Positions 17,445-30,207 of a stretch of DNA of 64,000 nucleotides are shown here, one piece after another. The position numbers were made by a program, and so were the translations under genes. Below the pieces are notes generated by a model, which saw only the letters and a list, made by a program, of their open reading frames with translations, was not told where the DNA came from and did no database searches. Source of the stretch: Alphaproteobacteria bacterium (GTDB taxonomy: Bacteria; Pseudomonadota; Alphaproteobacteria; MPNO01); NCBI GenBank assembly GCA_964291675.2, contig OZ219866.1, positions 3,456,001 through 3,520,000 of the forward strand. The letters run 5' to 3'. Numbering within the stretch: position 1 is the stretch's first letter; every line of letters begins with the position of its first letter.

Positions 17445-18719
17445 TCAACCGGCGCCGCCGTCCCGGTCGAAGCCCATCGCCTCGACATAGGCGGCCCGCA
17501 CCTCCGCCGGCTGGCCCGCCTGGAAGACGAAGTCGAGCGTGGACCGCGTGCGCACATGCGCCGCATCCGCGAGGGACTCCCGCGTCCACCCGTCGACGAA
17601 GAAGTCGCGGTCGAAGATCGGCAGCGCGATGCAGTCGTTGACCGCCGCGTCGCGGACCACCGCCTTCGGGTCCTCGCCCCGCCCGATGCGCTCGATGTCG
17701 GCGAGGAAGCGCCGGCGCATCATGATGACGCCGCGGTCCGAGCGCCCGAGCCGCTCCTTCGAGCGGTCGGCGAGCGTGCCCTGGCCCACCCAGGCGACGA
17801 AGTCCTGGTTCATCACGTGGCTGGTGATCCAGCGCCCGTCCGCGTCCTTGATCGGGCCGCGCCAGCAGGGGATCTCGTTCTGGGCGTAGGGCCGCCGGTC
17901 CTGCGGCACCGGGTTGAAGAACCAGCCGACGCTCAGCGTGTTGTCGTCGTCGATCGGCACCCGCCACTCGAAATGGTCGCCGGTGAACAGCGCGTTGGGC
18001 CACAGGCAGTTGCGCCCGACCGTCCACAGCGGGTGGTTCTCGTCGGTGTTCTCGCGGATGCGCTTGTAGGTGATGCCGTAATCGAACTCCTCGAAATCGA
18101 TCCTGAGATGCCTGGGCGCGTAGGGTCCGGCGGCGCCGCCCGCGCGCACCCGCCAGTTCTCGTGCTGCCACTCGAAATGGACCGGGTCGATGGAGTTCTC
18201 CTGGCACTGGAACCAGTTGCAGGGGATTTCCGAGATCACCACCTGGCGGAACCCGTTGGCCCAGGTGAAGGGCTCCCAGGTCGGCACCAGCGGGGCCGGC
18301 TCGGGTCCGAGATAGGCCCACAGCATCCCCGCCTTCTCCGCGACGGGGTAGGACTTTATGCGGACCTTGTCCCTGAACCGGGAGTCCGGGTCGGCGATGT
18401 CCTCGAAGGGCTGCTCGATACAGGCGCCGCCGGCGTCGTAGAGCCAGCCGTGGTAGCTGCATCTCAGCCCGTTCGCCTCGACATAGCCGTGCGTCAGGTC
18501 GGCGCGGCGGTGGCAGCAATGCCGGTCCAGGAGGCCGTAACCGCCCGACAGGTCGCGGTAGAGCACCAGGTCCTCGCCCATCAGCCTGACCGGCAGGGTG
18601 GGCCGGCGCTCCAGCTCGGCGGCGCCCGCGACGGGATGCCAGTAGCGGCGCAGCAACGCCCCCATCGGCGTGTCCGCGCCGACTTGCGAGAGCTTGCGGT
18701 TGGTTTCGTGGTCGAGCAT
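17445..18719 (-). CDS. Rieske non-heme iron oxygenase alpha subunit (phthalate dioxygenase-like)
   Basis: MLDHETN..LLRRYWHP; CCHRR...CSYHGW; ENSIDPVHFEWQH. Confidence 0.9.
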   Translation of the reverse strand: MLDHETNRKLSQVGADTPMGALLRRYWHPVAGAAELERRPTLPVRLMGEDLVLYRDLSGGYGLLDRHCCHRRADLTHGYVEANGLRCSYHGWLYDAGGACIEQPFEDIADPDSRFRDKVRIKSYPVAEKAGMLWAYLGPEPAPLVPTWEPFTWANGFRQVVISEIPCNWFQCQENSIDPVHFEWQHENWRVRAGGAAGPYAPRHLRIDFEEFDYGITYKRIRENTDENHPLWTVGRNCLWPNALFTGDHFEWRVPIDDDNTLSVGWFFNPVPQDRRPYAQNEIPCWRGPIKDADGRWITSHVMNQDFVAWVGQGTLADRSKERLGRSDRGVIMMRRRFLADIERIGRGEDPKAVVRDAAVNDCIALPIFDRDFFVDGWTRESLADAAHVRTRSTLDFVFQAGQPAEVRAAYVEAMGFDRDGGAG

Positions 18720-18808
18720 GGCTGGACCGCAGTATAGCCGCAATCGGATGGCGGGCCGCTCGGCCGTTCTCCCAACGACTCCGGGCGAAACGACGAGAGG
18801 CGGGGACG

Positions 18809-20338
18809 CTACTTCCAGCGTATCCGGCTCATCTCCGCGCCGAACGGGTTGATGATCCCCTTGTCGATCTCGAGGTCCTTCGCGTGCACGAACACCGAAG
18901 GCAGGCCGGCGATCGGGACGATATAGGCCTGCTCGTTGATCCGGTTGAAGATCTTGCGGTAGAGCGCCTCGCGCGCGGCGATGTCGAACGACGCCCCGGC
19001 CTGCTTCATCCACCCGGCGATCTGCGTGTCGCCGTAATAGTTGCGCGCCTTGCTGCCGAAATAGAAGCTGACCAGGGCATCGGTGTCGGGCACCCCGCCG
19101 GAGCTGAACTGGTGCACCAGGGTCTGGATCTTGCCGGTCCTCTGCAGCTTGCGGTAGGCGCCGAAGGTGACGCTCTTGATCGACGCCTCGACGCCGGCCG
19201 CCCGGAGATAGCCGACCACGGCCTCGGCCACCTTGCGGGCCTCTGGCAGGGTGGTGATCTGCAATTTGAGGTCCGCCTTGCCGGCTTCCGCGAGCAACGC
19301 CCTGGCCTTCTTGGGGTCGTAGGCCGGCGGCTTCACGTCGAACACGCAGCCGATCTGGATCGGCTTGCAGATCGAATCCATCCTCTCCACCGCATCGCCG
19401 CCGGCGAAGATGTTGCGGCGGATCGAGTCCCGGTCGATGGCGTGGATCAGCGCCCGACGGACCCGCGCGTCCTTGAGGTCGTCGCTGCCGGTGCGCCCGA
19501 TCGCATCGAAGGCGATGTAGCGATAGAGGATGCCGTTGCTGACCGTGACCGCGAGCTCGGGGTTCTGCGCCAGATTCTCCGCCTGGTCCTTCGGCACGTT
19601 GTGGATCATGTCGAGCCCGCCGGTGATCAGCTGCGCGACCTGGTTCTGCACGTCGGGGATCGGCAGGATGTGGATATTCTCGATCGTCCCCGCCGGCTTG
19701 GACGGGGAGCCGTGCCGGTAGCCGGGGTTGCGCACCATGCGGACGCCGGTATTGGGGTCGTAGGCGACCACCTTGTAGGGGCCGGTGCCGACCGGCTTCT
19801 TGCCGAACGCGGCCTTGTTCTCGAGCGCCCCGTGCACGTCCGACGGGAAGATCGGGATGCTCACCGCGAAGCGGGCGAGCGCCACCGCGCGCGGCCCCTT
19901 GGTGGTGACCCGGACGGTGTGCGAGCCGGTCTTCTCGGCCTTCCCGATCCACAGGAAGCGCGACTTGATGCGGAACTTGACCTTGGGGTCGGCGAGAAAG
20001 TTGAGCGTGTAGACCACGTCGTCGGCATCGAGCGGCGAGCCGTCATGGAACTTTATGTCGTCGCGCAGCACGAACTCGTAGGTCGTCGGGTCGACCGTCT
20101 TCCACGACTTGGCGAGCAGGGGCTCGAACTTCTTGGTGCGCTCGTCGTAGCCGATCAGCGTGTCGAACACCGCGCGCGCCGTGAAGGCGGTCTCGCCCTT
20201 GGGGTCGTAGACCAAGTCGACGCCCGGGATCGGGTCGTAAAAGCCGACCCGGAGCGTATTCTTGGCCTTCTGGCCCAGCGCCGGCGCGGCGGCGACGAGC
20301 ACGGCTGCGGCGATGGCGATCGCGCGTGACCTCGACAT
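18809..20338 (-). CDS. ABC transporter substrate-binding protein, family 5
   Basis: Signal peptide; PLLAKSW, LRDDIKFHDG, VGTGPY. Confidence 0.9.
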   Translation of the reverse strand: MSRSRAIAIAAAVLVAAAPALGQKAKNTLRVGFYDPIPGVDLVYDPKGETAFTARAVFDTLIGYDERTKKFEPLLAKSWKTVDPTTYEFVLRDDIKFHDGSPLDADDVVYTLNFLADPKVKFRIKSRFLWIGKAEKTGSHTVRVTTKGPRAVALARFAVSIPIFPSDVHGALENKAAFGKKPVGTGPYKVVAYDPNTGVRMVRNPGYRHGSPSKPAGTIENIHILPIPDVQNQVAQLITGGLDMIHNVPKDQAENLAQNPELAVTVSNGILYRYIAFDAIGRTGSDDLKDARVRRALIHAIDRDSIRRNIFAGGDAVERMDSICKPIQIGCVFDVKPPAYDPKKARALLAEAGKADLKLQITTLPEARKVAEAVVGYLRAAGVEASIKSVTFGAYRKLQRTGKIQTLVHQFSSGGVPDTDALVSFYFGSKARNYYGDTQIAGWMKQAGASFDIAAREALYRKIFNRINEQAYIVPIAGLPSVFVHAKDLEIDKGIINPFGAEMSRIRWK

Positions 20339-20466
20339 GTCCTCTCCCCTTCGTCTCCGGGAACCTGATCCCGCATTGCCCCCGGAAATATAGGCGCCGC
20401 GCCGGCCGGACCACAACCGGCGCCGCCCGATAGCGGCGCGGTGGCCGCTGCTGCTAATTTCCGCCC

Positions 20467-21384
20467 ATGGCGGACGTGTTCAAGGTCTCGGAGGACGTGC
20501 GGGCCGCGCTCGATGCGGGCCGGCCGGTGGTGGCGCTGGAGACCACCGCCATCGCGCATGGCTTTCCCTATCCGCGATCGCTGGAGGTGGCCGCCGGGCT
20601 CGACCGCGCGGTGCGCGAGGGCGGCGCGCTGCCGGCCTTCATCGGCGTCGTCGCGGGCACGCTGACCGTCGGGCTGGCGCAGGGCGAGGTCGAGCGTCTG
20701 GCATCGCAGCCGGACGCGATGAAGGTGAGCCGGCGCGACCTCGCCTTCGCCGCTGCGACCGGGCGGGACGGGGCGACCACGGTGGCGGCGACGATGATCG
20801 CGGCCGCGCGCGCCGGCATCGCCGTCTTCGCCACCGGCGGCATCGGCGGCGTCCACCGCGGGGTGGAGGAGACGCTCGACGTCTCGGCCGATCTGGAGGA
20901 GCTCGGCCGCACCCCGGTCGCGGTGGTCTGCGCCGGCGCCAAGTCGATCCTGGATCTGCCGCGGACCATGGAATACCTGGAGACCAGGGGCGTGCCGGTC
21001 GTCGGCTACCGCACCGGCGTCCTGCCCGCCTTCTATCTGCGCGAGAGCGGCATCGCGGTGCCCCACAGGGTCGACGACGCGGCGGCGGCGGCGCGTCTCA
21101 TCGCGGCCCAGCGCGCGCTCCGTCTCGGCGCCGGGATCGTGTTCGCCAACCCGCTGCCGGAAGCGGCGGCGCTGGACCCGGAGCGGATCGAGGCGGCGAT
21201 CGCCGATGCGCTCGGCGAGGCCGGCCGCGCCGGCGTCGGCGGCAAGGAGCTCACCCCCTTCCTGCTCGACCGGATCGCCGAGATCACCGGCGGCGAGAGC
21301 CTCGCCGCCAATGCCGCGCTGCTGACCGACAACGCGGCGGTCGCGGCCGCGATCGCGGTGGCGCTGGCCGCCCGCACCGAATAG
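20467..21384 (+). CDS. psuG: Pseudouridine-5'-phosphate glycosidase
   Basis: VALETTAIAHGFPYP, FATGGIGGVHRG, DVSADL, GAKSILD, TPFLL. Confidence 0.92.
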   Translation: MADVFKVSEDVRAALDAGRPVVALETTAIAHGFPYPRSLEVAAGLDRAVREGGALPAFIGVVAGTLTVGLAQGEVERLASQPDAMKVSRRDLAFAAATGRDGATTVAATMIAAARAGIAVFATGGIGGVHRGVEETLDVSADLEELGRTPVAVVCAGAKSILDLPRTMEYLETRGVPVVGYRTGVLPAFYLRESGIAVPHRVDDAAAAARLIAAQRALRLGAGIVFANPLPEAAALDPERIEAAIADALGEAGRAGVGGKELTPFLLDRIAEITGGESLAANAALLTDNAAVAAAIAVALAARTE

Positions 21385-21391
21385 GAGAGAG

Positions 21392-22960
21392 ATGACCGTC
21401 ATCGAGCGCGCGACCCGCGAGCACGACCTCGCGCTTCCCATCGAGCCGGTGGCCACGCTGCTCGCGCGCTACCGCGACCGGCATCCCGGCAAGACCGCCA
21501 TCGTCGATCTCGACCGGGACAGCCGGATCGACTTCGCCGGCCTCCACGCGGCGGCCAACCGGGTCGCCAATTTCCTCGCGCGCCGCGGCGTCGGGCACGG
21601 CGACCGGGTGGCGCTGCTCTCGGAAGAGAGCCTGGAGAAGCTGGTCCTCTGGCTCGGGATCTGGCGTCTCGGCGCGGTGGTGTGCCCGCTCAATGTCGAG
21701 ATGAACGCGGCCCATGTCGGCGAGCTCCTCGCCAATATCGAGCCCCGCTTCACCTTCGTGCACCAAGACCTCGACGCGGCGGCGATGGGTGCCGGAGACC
21801 CGGCGGCGCGCGAAATCTTCGGCGACCGGGACGGCGACGGTTTCTTCGCCCGGCTCGGCGACCTGCCGGCGAGCCCCGAAGTGGGAACCTGCAACGGCAT
21901 TGCCGACATCGCCGCGATCTTCTGCACCTCGGGCACCACGTCGAAGCCCAAATGCGTCGTCTTCGACCACACCGCCTATTGGCTGAGCGGGCTCTCGACG
22001 CTGGACATGCTGGGGCTGACGGCGGACGACAGGACGCTCGAATACCGCTCCTTCGGGTGGAACTCGGCGCAGATCCTCAGCCTGATGCCGTTCCTCCAGA
22101 CCGGGCTCACCCTGCATATCGCCCGGCGCTTCTCGCACGGGCGGTTCTTCCACTGGATCCGCGACAACGGCATCACGTTTGCCGCCGGCGTGCCGACGGT
22201 GGTCAACATGCTGCTCAACGAGCCCGCCGGGATCGCCGCCGACGACGTGCCGACGCTGCGCCTGATGACCTGCTCGACGGCGCCGCTCAGCCCCGACCAG
22301 TGGCGCAGCTTCGAGGAGATGTACGGCGTCACCCTGCTCCAGCTCTACGGCATGTCCGAGGCGGGGTGGATCTGCGGCAACCGGCACGACCGGCGGCGCA
22401 TGGGCACCGTCGGCCCGCCGGCGAGGCACCAGGAATTCGTCATCGTCGACGGCGACGGCAAGCCCTGCCCGCCGGGCGTCGAGGGCGAGGTCACGGTCGG
22501 CGGGCCGCAGACCAGCCGCGCCACCATCTCGCCCGACGGGGTGTGGGAGGACCACAGCCTCGCGCGGCTCAGGACCGGCGACCTCGCGACCATGGACGAG
22601 GACGGTTTCGTGCGGGTCACCGGCCGGACCAAGGACTTGATCATCCGGGGCGGGGTCAATATCGCGCCGCTGGAGATCGACCACGTCCTGATGCGCCACG
22701 ACGACATAGCCGAAGCCGCCGCCGTCGGCGTGCCCGACCCGATCTATGGCGAGGAGGTGGTGTGCTACGTGGTGGCGAGACCCGGGCGCGCGCCCGGCGA
22801 GGCCGAGATCGACGCGCATTGCGCGGCGAGCCTGCCCGCGTTCAAGCGTCCCAGGGCGGTGGTGTTCACCGACTCGCTCCCCAAATCCGACCGCGGCAAG
22901 ATCCGGCGCGACGCGCTGCGCGAGATGTGGATCGAGGCCAAAGGCGAGGACGGCGCGTAG
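21392..22960 (+). CDS. AMP-binding acyl-CoA synthetase
   Basis: TSGTTSKPK, YGMSE, RTGD, GRTKDLIIRGG, LPKSDRGKI. Confidence 0.9.
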   Translation: MTVIERATREHDLALPIEPVATLLARYRDRHPGKTAIVDLDRDSRIDFAGLHAAANRVANFLARRGVGHGDRVALLSEESLEKLVLWLGIWRLGAVVCPLNVEMNAAHVGELLANIEPRFTFVHQDLDAAAMGAGDPAAREIFGDRDGDGFFARLGDLPASPEVGTCNGIADIAAIFCTSGTTSKPKCVVFDHTAYWLSGLSTLDMLGLTADDRTLEYRSFGWNSAQILSLMPFLQTGLTLHIARRFSHGRFFHWIRDNGITFAAGVPTVVNMLLNEPAGIAADDVPTLRLMTCSTAPLSPDQWRSFEEMYGVTLLQLYGMSEAGWICGNRHDRRRMGTVGPPARHQEFVIVDGDGKPCPPGVEGEVTVGGPQTSRATISPDGVWEDHSLARLRTGDLATMDEDGFVRVTGRTKDLIIRGGVNIAPLEIDHVLMRHDDIAEAAAVGVPDPIYGEEVVCYVVARPGRAPGEAEIDAHCAASLPAFKRPRAVVFTDSLPKSDRGKIRRDALREMWIEAKGEDGA

Positions 22961-23023
22961 GCCGGGGACGCCGCCGGTACCCCTGACGCCCGGAGGGTCG
23001 GTCCGCGCCGGGCTCGCGCCGGC

Positions 23024-23452
23024 TCACTTCGAGCCGGGCGGGCCCTGGAACTCCCAGGTGTGGCCCTGCGGATCGGTGACGAAGAGCTGGGGCTCGCCGA
23101 GCAGGTTCGAGATCTCCTCGAAATGTATGCCGAGCGCGCGCATGCGGCCGCGGAAGGCATCCACGTCGCCGATGCGCCAGGCGGTGTGGCGCCCGGCGGG
23201 CTCGATATTGGCGTCCTCCGCCGGCTTCAGCGCCACGTCGTTGGCGATCAGGTGGAACTGCACGTTGTCGCGATCGTCGCCGAGCCATGCGCCCGGGCCG
23301 AGATCGTCCAGCGCCTTGGGGCGCGGCAGCAGCTTGAGGTCCAGCACCTTGGTGTAGAACTCGATACACGCGTCCAGCTTCTCGGTGGCGATCGGGATGC
23401 CCTCGTGGATCGAGCCCTGCCAGGTCAGGCGCGGGGCGTCGGTTTCGCTCAT
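23024..23452 (-). CDS. VOC/glyoxalase family protein
   Basis: FYTKVL, HTAW, DPQGHTWE. Confidence 0.85.
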   Translation of the reverse strand: MSETDAPRLTWQGSIHEGIPIATEKLDACIEFYTKVLDLKLLPRPKALDDLGPGAWLGDDRDNVQFHLIANDVALKPAEDANIEPAGRHTAWRIGDVDAFRGRMRALGIHFEEISNLLGEPQLFVTDPQGHTWEFQGPPGSK

Positions 23453-23482
23453 GGCTTCGCCTCCTTTGTCGGGTTTGCGATG

Positions 23483-24775
23483 CTACACCGCTTTCGCCCG
23501 AAAGCGCGCGGGGTCGACATCGTGCAGCAGGTCGGGCGCGCCGTAGTCCCGGATGATGCGCGCGGGATCGGCGGGCGGCGCGTCGCCGCCATGCTCCAGG
23601 AATGCGCCCAGATAGCGCGAATGCGCCACCAGCCGGCGGCCGAAGTCGAGCTGGGACTCCTCGTACCGGGCGAGAGCCGCGGCGATATCGTCCGATTCCG
23701 CAAGCGACTCCGCGAGGCATTGAGCGTCGAGCGCGGCCTTGGAGACCCCGCCTATCGAATGGGGCCGGGCGACGAAGGCGGCATCGCCCATGACCGCGAC
23801 CCGGCCATGCGTCATGCGCGCGGACTCCATGTCGGTTATCGCCTGTAGCAGCGGCTGCGGCACGCGCTCGACGACCGCGGCCACGGCCGCCGGCAGTCGG
23901 TCACCGGCGTCCGCCTTCATCGCGGCGACCGGGCCGGGCCGGATGAGCGGCGGCGGGATCGAGATTCCGTGGTTCGTGCCGCCCGCGTCGGTGAACAGGT
24001 CGCGGAGCGCGTCGGGCCCGGCCGGGCGGTACCAGATGAAGTAGATGCGCCGGTGGCCGGGGCGCATGTCCTCGCCCGGACCCGGGACGACCATGGTCAG
24101 CAGCAGCTCGCCCGGCGGGAAGCAGAAGACGATCCGCCCGCCGATGGCGTCGCCGGTCTCCCGCGGCACGTCCTGCTCCTCGACGATGCCGCGCCAGGCG
24201 ACGTAGCGGGCATAGCGGGGTTCGGTCTCCGGCATCAGCTGCCGCCGGACGGTGGAGAAGACGCCGTCGGCGGCGACCAGCAGGTCGGCGGCGAGGCGGG
24301 TGCCGTCCTCGAAGACCGCGGTGACCGACCCTGCATCCTGCTCGACGCCGCGCAGCGTCATCCCCTGGCGGTAGATTCCGGGCGGGACGATGTCGCGCAG
24401 CGGCCGGTACACCCGGGCCCAGCTGCTGCCCACCGTCGGGCGGCCGAGCGCGAAGGCGATCGAGCCGTCGCGCTCCATCCACACCTGGCTCAGATGCGCG
24501 ACCCCGGCCGACGGCTCGAAGCGCGCGCCGATGCGGTCCATGATGTCCAGTAGCTGGGCGGAAATCCCGAGACCCGCCCCGCGGCCCGTGAGGTCGCCCA
24601 CGGTGCGTTCGAACACCGTCGCGTCCCAGCCCGCCCGGCGCAGCAGGCTGGCGGCGAGCAGCCCGCCGACCGAGCCGCCGATCACCAGCGCGTGGGGTTT
24701 GTCCGAGATGGCACGCCCGCCTTTCGCATGTCCCGCGCGAGTTAACCACATTAGGCGGCGGCGATGCATGGGCAC
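23483..24775 (-). CDS. FAD-dependent monooxygenase (2,6-dihydroxypyridine hydroxylase-like)
   Basis: VIGGSVGGL, GRGAGL, YVAWRG, GDAAFVARPH; true start probably near 24710-24751. Confidence 0.85.
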   Translation of the reverse strand: MPMHRRRLMWLTRAGHAKGGRAISDKPHALVIGGSVGGLLAASLLRRAGWDATVFERTVGDLTGRGAGLGISAQLLDIMDRIGARFEPSAGVAHLSQVWMERDGSIAFALGRPTVGSSWARVYRPLRDIVPPGIYRQGMTLRGVEQDAGSVTAVFEDGTRLAADLLVAADGVFSTVRRQLMPETEPRYARYVAWRGIVEEQDVPRETGDAIGGRIVFCFPPGELLLTMVVPGPGEDMRPGHRRIYFIWYRPAGPDALRDLFTDAGGTNHGISIPPPLIRPGPVAAMKADAGDRLPAAVAAVVERVPQPLLQAITDMESARMTHGRVAVMGDAAFVARPHSIGGVSKAALDAQCLAESLAESDDIAAALARYEESQLDFGRRLVAHSRYLGAFLEHGGDAPPADPARIIRDYGAPDLLHDVDPARFRAKAV

Positions 24776-24807
24776 GCCGAAGCCCGGGTGCCAGCCCGGA
24801 CTTCTCA

Positions 24808-26790
<1,983 letters not shown>

Positions 26791-27091
26791 CCCCTGTCAT
26801 GGCCTGCGCGGCGCTGTCCGGCCGACAGGGCAGGAGAGGCGCGCGGCGCGATGCGGCACATCGGGCAAGCGCCTCGACGCACCCTGTCGGCCGGACAGCG
26901 CCGCCCGAAGGGTCGCGCCCGGGCGCCCGCCCGCGGCGTCGCGGGCCTCGATCGTATTGCCCGATACGCTCTTCGGCCCGCTCCTGGCGGGACGAACGCC
27001 CGGGCGCGACGCAGGCCGTGACAGGGGTGAGAGGTCCGGGCTAGGCTTCGGTTCGGCTGCAAGAACCAAGCCTGCGGATGGGAGGATTGAA

Positions 27092-28168
27092 ATGGTTTCG
27101 ATTCGGCGAGTCTATGCGTGCCTCGTGCTCGGCGCGGCGGCGATCCCGCTGGTCGCCGGCGCGGTTCATGCGAAGACGGTAAAGCTCACCGTGGTCGGCG
27201 CGCCGCCGCCGATCGTCACCCCGGTCCAGGTCACCAAGGAGTATTTCGTCCCCGAGGTCGACAAGCGGATCGCCGCTTCCGGCAAGGATTTCAGGATCGA
27301 GTGGACCCAGGCCTACGCCTTCACGCTCGCGAAGTTTCACGAGGTGCTGGAGGCGGTCGAGGACGGCATCGCCGACGTGGGCGTGCAGATCCACGTCTTC
27401 GAGGAATCCAAGCTGCCGCTTGAGAACGTTTCCACCTACGTCCCGTTCGGCACCGCCGACGTCCATGCCCTGACCCGGATCATGCGCGACGTCCACAAGC
27501 AGGTGCCGGAGATGGGCAAGGTGTGGCACGGCTACAACCAGGTCTATCTCGGCACCGGGGTCAACGACACGATCCACCTGATGACCAAGTATCCGGTCAA
27601 GCGCTACGAGGATTTGAAGGGGCGCAAGCTCGGCGCCAGCGGCACGATGGGGAACTACCTGCTCAATACCGGCGCGGTGGTGGTGAGTTCGAGCATGGCG
27701 CAGGCCTATCTGCACATCAAGAACGGCGTCTATTCCGGCTACCCGGTCTCCTGGGGGCTGGGCTTTCCCTACAAGATCTATCAATCGGCGCCCTACCTCA
27801 CCAAGGTCAATTTCGGCGCGATCGCCGCCACCGGGCTCAGCGTCAACACCGATTCCTGGAAGAAGCTGCCCGGCTGGGTGCAGACGATCTTCCGCGAGGT
27901 GGCGGTGGGCTGGCAGGACCGCCACGCGGCGGTCAGCCTGGGCAAATCGAAGAAATTCGAATCCATCATGGCCAAGGCCGGGGCCAAGATCTCCGACTTC
28001 CCGGCGGCGGAGCGCGAGCGCTGGGCGCGGGCCCTGCCCAATGTCGCCAAGCAGTGGGCGGAGAGGCTGGAGAAGAAGGGCCAGCCGGGGCAGCGCGTGC
28101 TCGCGGCCTATATGCAGGGCCTGCGCGACGCCAAGGCCGAGATCGTCCGCGACTGGGACAGGGAATAG
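27092..28168 (+). CDS. dctP: TRAP substrate-binding protein DctP
   Basis: Signal peptide; AVEDGIAD, DLKGRKL, NTDSWKKLP; GGAGG Shine-Dalgarno. Confidence 0.88.
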   Translation: MVSIRRVYACLVLGAAAIPLVAGAVHAKTVKLTVVGAPPPIVTPVQVTKEYFVPEVDKRIAASGKDFRIEWTQAYAFTLAKFHEVLEAVEDGIADVGVQIHVFEESKLPLENVSTYVPFGTADVHALTRIMRDVHKQVPEMGKVWHGYNQVYLGTGVNDTIHLMTKYPVKRYEDLKGRKLGASGTMGNYLLNTGAVVVSSSMAQAYLHIKNGVYSGYPVSWGLGFPYKIYQSAPYLTKVNFGAIAATGLSVNTDSWKKLPGWVQTIFREVAVGWQDRHAAVSLGKSKKFESIMAKAGAKISDFPAAERERWARALPNVAKQWAERLEKKGQPGQRVLAAYMQGLRDAKAEIVRDWDRE

Positions 28169-28244
28169 CCTCGTCCCGCAGTCCCGCCCCGGGTGTCCGC
28201 GCCGCGCGGCCGCGCCCGGGGCGCCTCCCTTGAGCGCCTAGCCG

Positions 28245-30194
28245 ATGGCCGACAGGTCCGCTCCCGGCGCGGCGCGGCGCCTCGACCCCATGGTCGCGGT
28301 CGATTGGGCGATCTCCGGGCTGAACGCGGTCGGCACGCTCTGGATCTTCGCGATCATGGTGGCGATCAACGCCGACGTGTTCGCGCGGTTCCTGTTCAGC
28401 GCGCCGATCAGCGGCGTGCCGCTGCTGATCGAGCTGTCGATCGTCGCCATCGTCTTCGTCCAGCTCGCCGCCGCGCTCAGAGGCGGGCGGATGACCCGTT
28501 CCGACGTGCTGATCGGCCGTCTGCTCGGTTCCCGGGCGATGCTGGGCCACACCCTGCAGGCGATATACCACCTCGCCGGCGCCGTCCTGATGGCGGGGAT
28601 CGTCCTCTATGTCCTGCCGATCTTCCAGCGCGCGTGGGAGCGCGACACCTATGCCGGGCTGGAGGGCGACGTGACGATCGCGATCTGGCCCTTCAAGCTT
28701 TTCCTTGTCCTCGGCGCGGGGTTCTGCGCGGTCCAGTTCCTGCGCGAGCTATGGGCCGATCTCCGGTTCATCGCGCGCCGGCGGCGGGAGGGCGACCGGG
28801 AGCTGGGCGGTCCGCTCGCGGGCATCGCCGCCGCCATCGCCGTCGCGCTGGTCTTCCTCGCGCTCGGCACCGCGTTCGACTTCACCAGGGCGCAGATCGC
28901 CGTGATCTCGGTGCTCTTCGTCCTGTTCCTGGTCTATGTCGGCGTCCATGTCGGGGTCGCGCTCTCGCTGCTCTCCTTCATCTGCGTCTGGATCATGCGC
29001 GACAACTTCGAGATCGCCGGCAGGCTGATGGGGCTGGCGGCATCCGAAGGCCTGCAGCGCTACGAGTTCGGCGTCATCCCGCTGTTCGTGCTGATGGGGC
29101 TGTTCGTCAGCGTCTCCGACATCGGCAAGGACACCTACGACGTGGCGAACCACCTGTTCCGCCGCTTCAGGGCGGGGTTGGGCTCGGCGACGGTCGGCGC
29201 GAACGCGGTCTTCGCCGCGGTGACCGGGACCTCGATCGCCTCCGCGTCGGTCTTCACCAAGGTCGCGGTGCCGGAGATGCTGCGGCTCGGCTACCGCCCC
29301 CGCTTCGCCGTCGGCGTGGTGGCGGGCTCGTCGGTGCTCGGCATGCTGATCCCGCCGAGCCTGCTGCTGATCCTGTTCGGCATCCTCGCCGAGACCTCGA
29401 TCGGCGATCTGTTCATCGCCGGGATCGTCCCCGGTCTCCTCCTGTCGGCGGCCTATTGCGCGCTGATCTGGATCATGGCGCGCCGCTTTCCCGACCGGGT
29501 CGCCGCGCGCGAGACGCTGGAGCGCGAGACCCGCTCGGAGATGTCCGCTCGCGAGCTCTGGGTCAAGCTCGCCCCCATCGTGCTCTTGATCCTTATCGTG
29601 CTCGGCGGCATCTATGGCGGGGTGTTCACGGCGACCGAGGCGGGCGCGGTCGGCGCGCTGGGCGCCATGATCCTGACGATGCTCAAGCGCAGGCTGACCT
29701 GGAAGACGTTCTGGGAGGCGTTGTCGGAGACCGGGCATGTGACCGCGGCGATCTGCTTCCTGCTGATCGCCGCCCAGCTCTACTCCCGGATGATCGCCTT
29801 GTCCGGCGTCCCCAACCTGATGGAGCAGTACATCCTCGCATCGGGGCTCGGCTATGCCGGCCTGCTCGCGGTCTACATCGTGGTGCTGATCCTCCTCGGG
29901 ACCATCCTGGACGCGGGCTCGATTATGCTGATCACCGTGCCCCTCGCGGTGCCCGCGCTGGCATCGTTCGACATCGACCTCGTCTGGTTCGGGATCGTGA
30001 CCATCATCGCGGTCGAGATCGGGCTGCTGACGCCGCCGCTCGGGCTGGCGTGCTTCGTGATCCACAACAACCTTCAGGACCGCCGCATCAAGGTGGAGGA
30101 CATCTTCTGGGGCGCGGCGCCGTTCGCGCTGACCATGCTGGTGGTCCTGATCCTGGTCACCGTGTTCCCCTGGATCGCGCTCGCGCTCGTATAG
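28245..30194 (+). CDS. Fused TRAP permease DctQ-DctM
   Basis: DctQ-like ADVFARFLFSAPI followed by DctM IPLFVLMG, GMLIPPS, EIGLLTPPLG. Confidence 0.88.
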   Translation: MADRSAPGAARRLDPMVAVDWAISGLNAVGTLWIFAIMVAINADVFARFLFSAPISGVPLLIELSIVAIVFVQLAAALRGGRMTRSDVLIGRLLGSRAMLGHTLQAIYHLAGAVLMAGIVLYVLPIFQRAWERDTYAGLEGDVTIAIWPFKLFLVLGAGFCAVQFLRELWADLRFIARRRREGDRELGGPLAGIAAAIAVALVFLALGTAFDFTRAQIAVISVLFVLFLVYVGVHVGVALSLLSFICVWIMRDNFEIAGRLMGLAASEGLQRYEFGVIPLFVLMGLFVSVSDIGKDTYDVANHLFRRFRAGLGSATVGANAVFAAVTGTSIASASVFTKVAVPEMLRLGYRPRFAVGVVAGSSVLGMLIPPSLLLILFGILAETSIGDLFIAGIVPGLLLSAAYCALIWIMARRFPDRVAARETLERETRSEMSARELWVKLAPIVLLILIVLGGIYGGVFTATEAGAVGALGAMILTMLKRRLTWKTFWEALSETGHVTAAICFLLIAAQLYSRMIALSGVPNLMEQYILASGLGYAGLLAVYIVVLILLGTILDAGSIMLITVPLAVPALASFDIDLVWFGIVTIIAVEIGLLTPPLGLACFVIHNNLQDRRIKVEDIFWGAAPFALTMLVVLILVTVFPWIALALV

Positions 30195-30207
30195 CGGGCA
30201 CGCGGTC

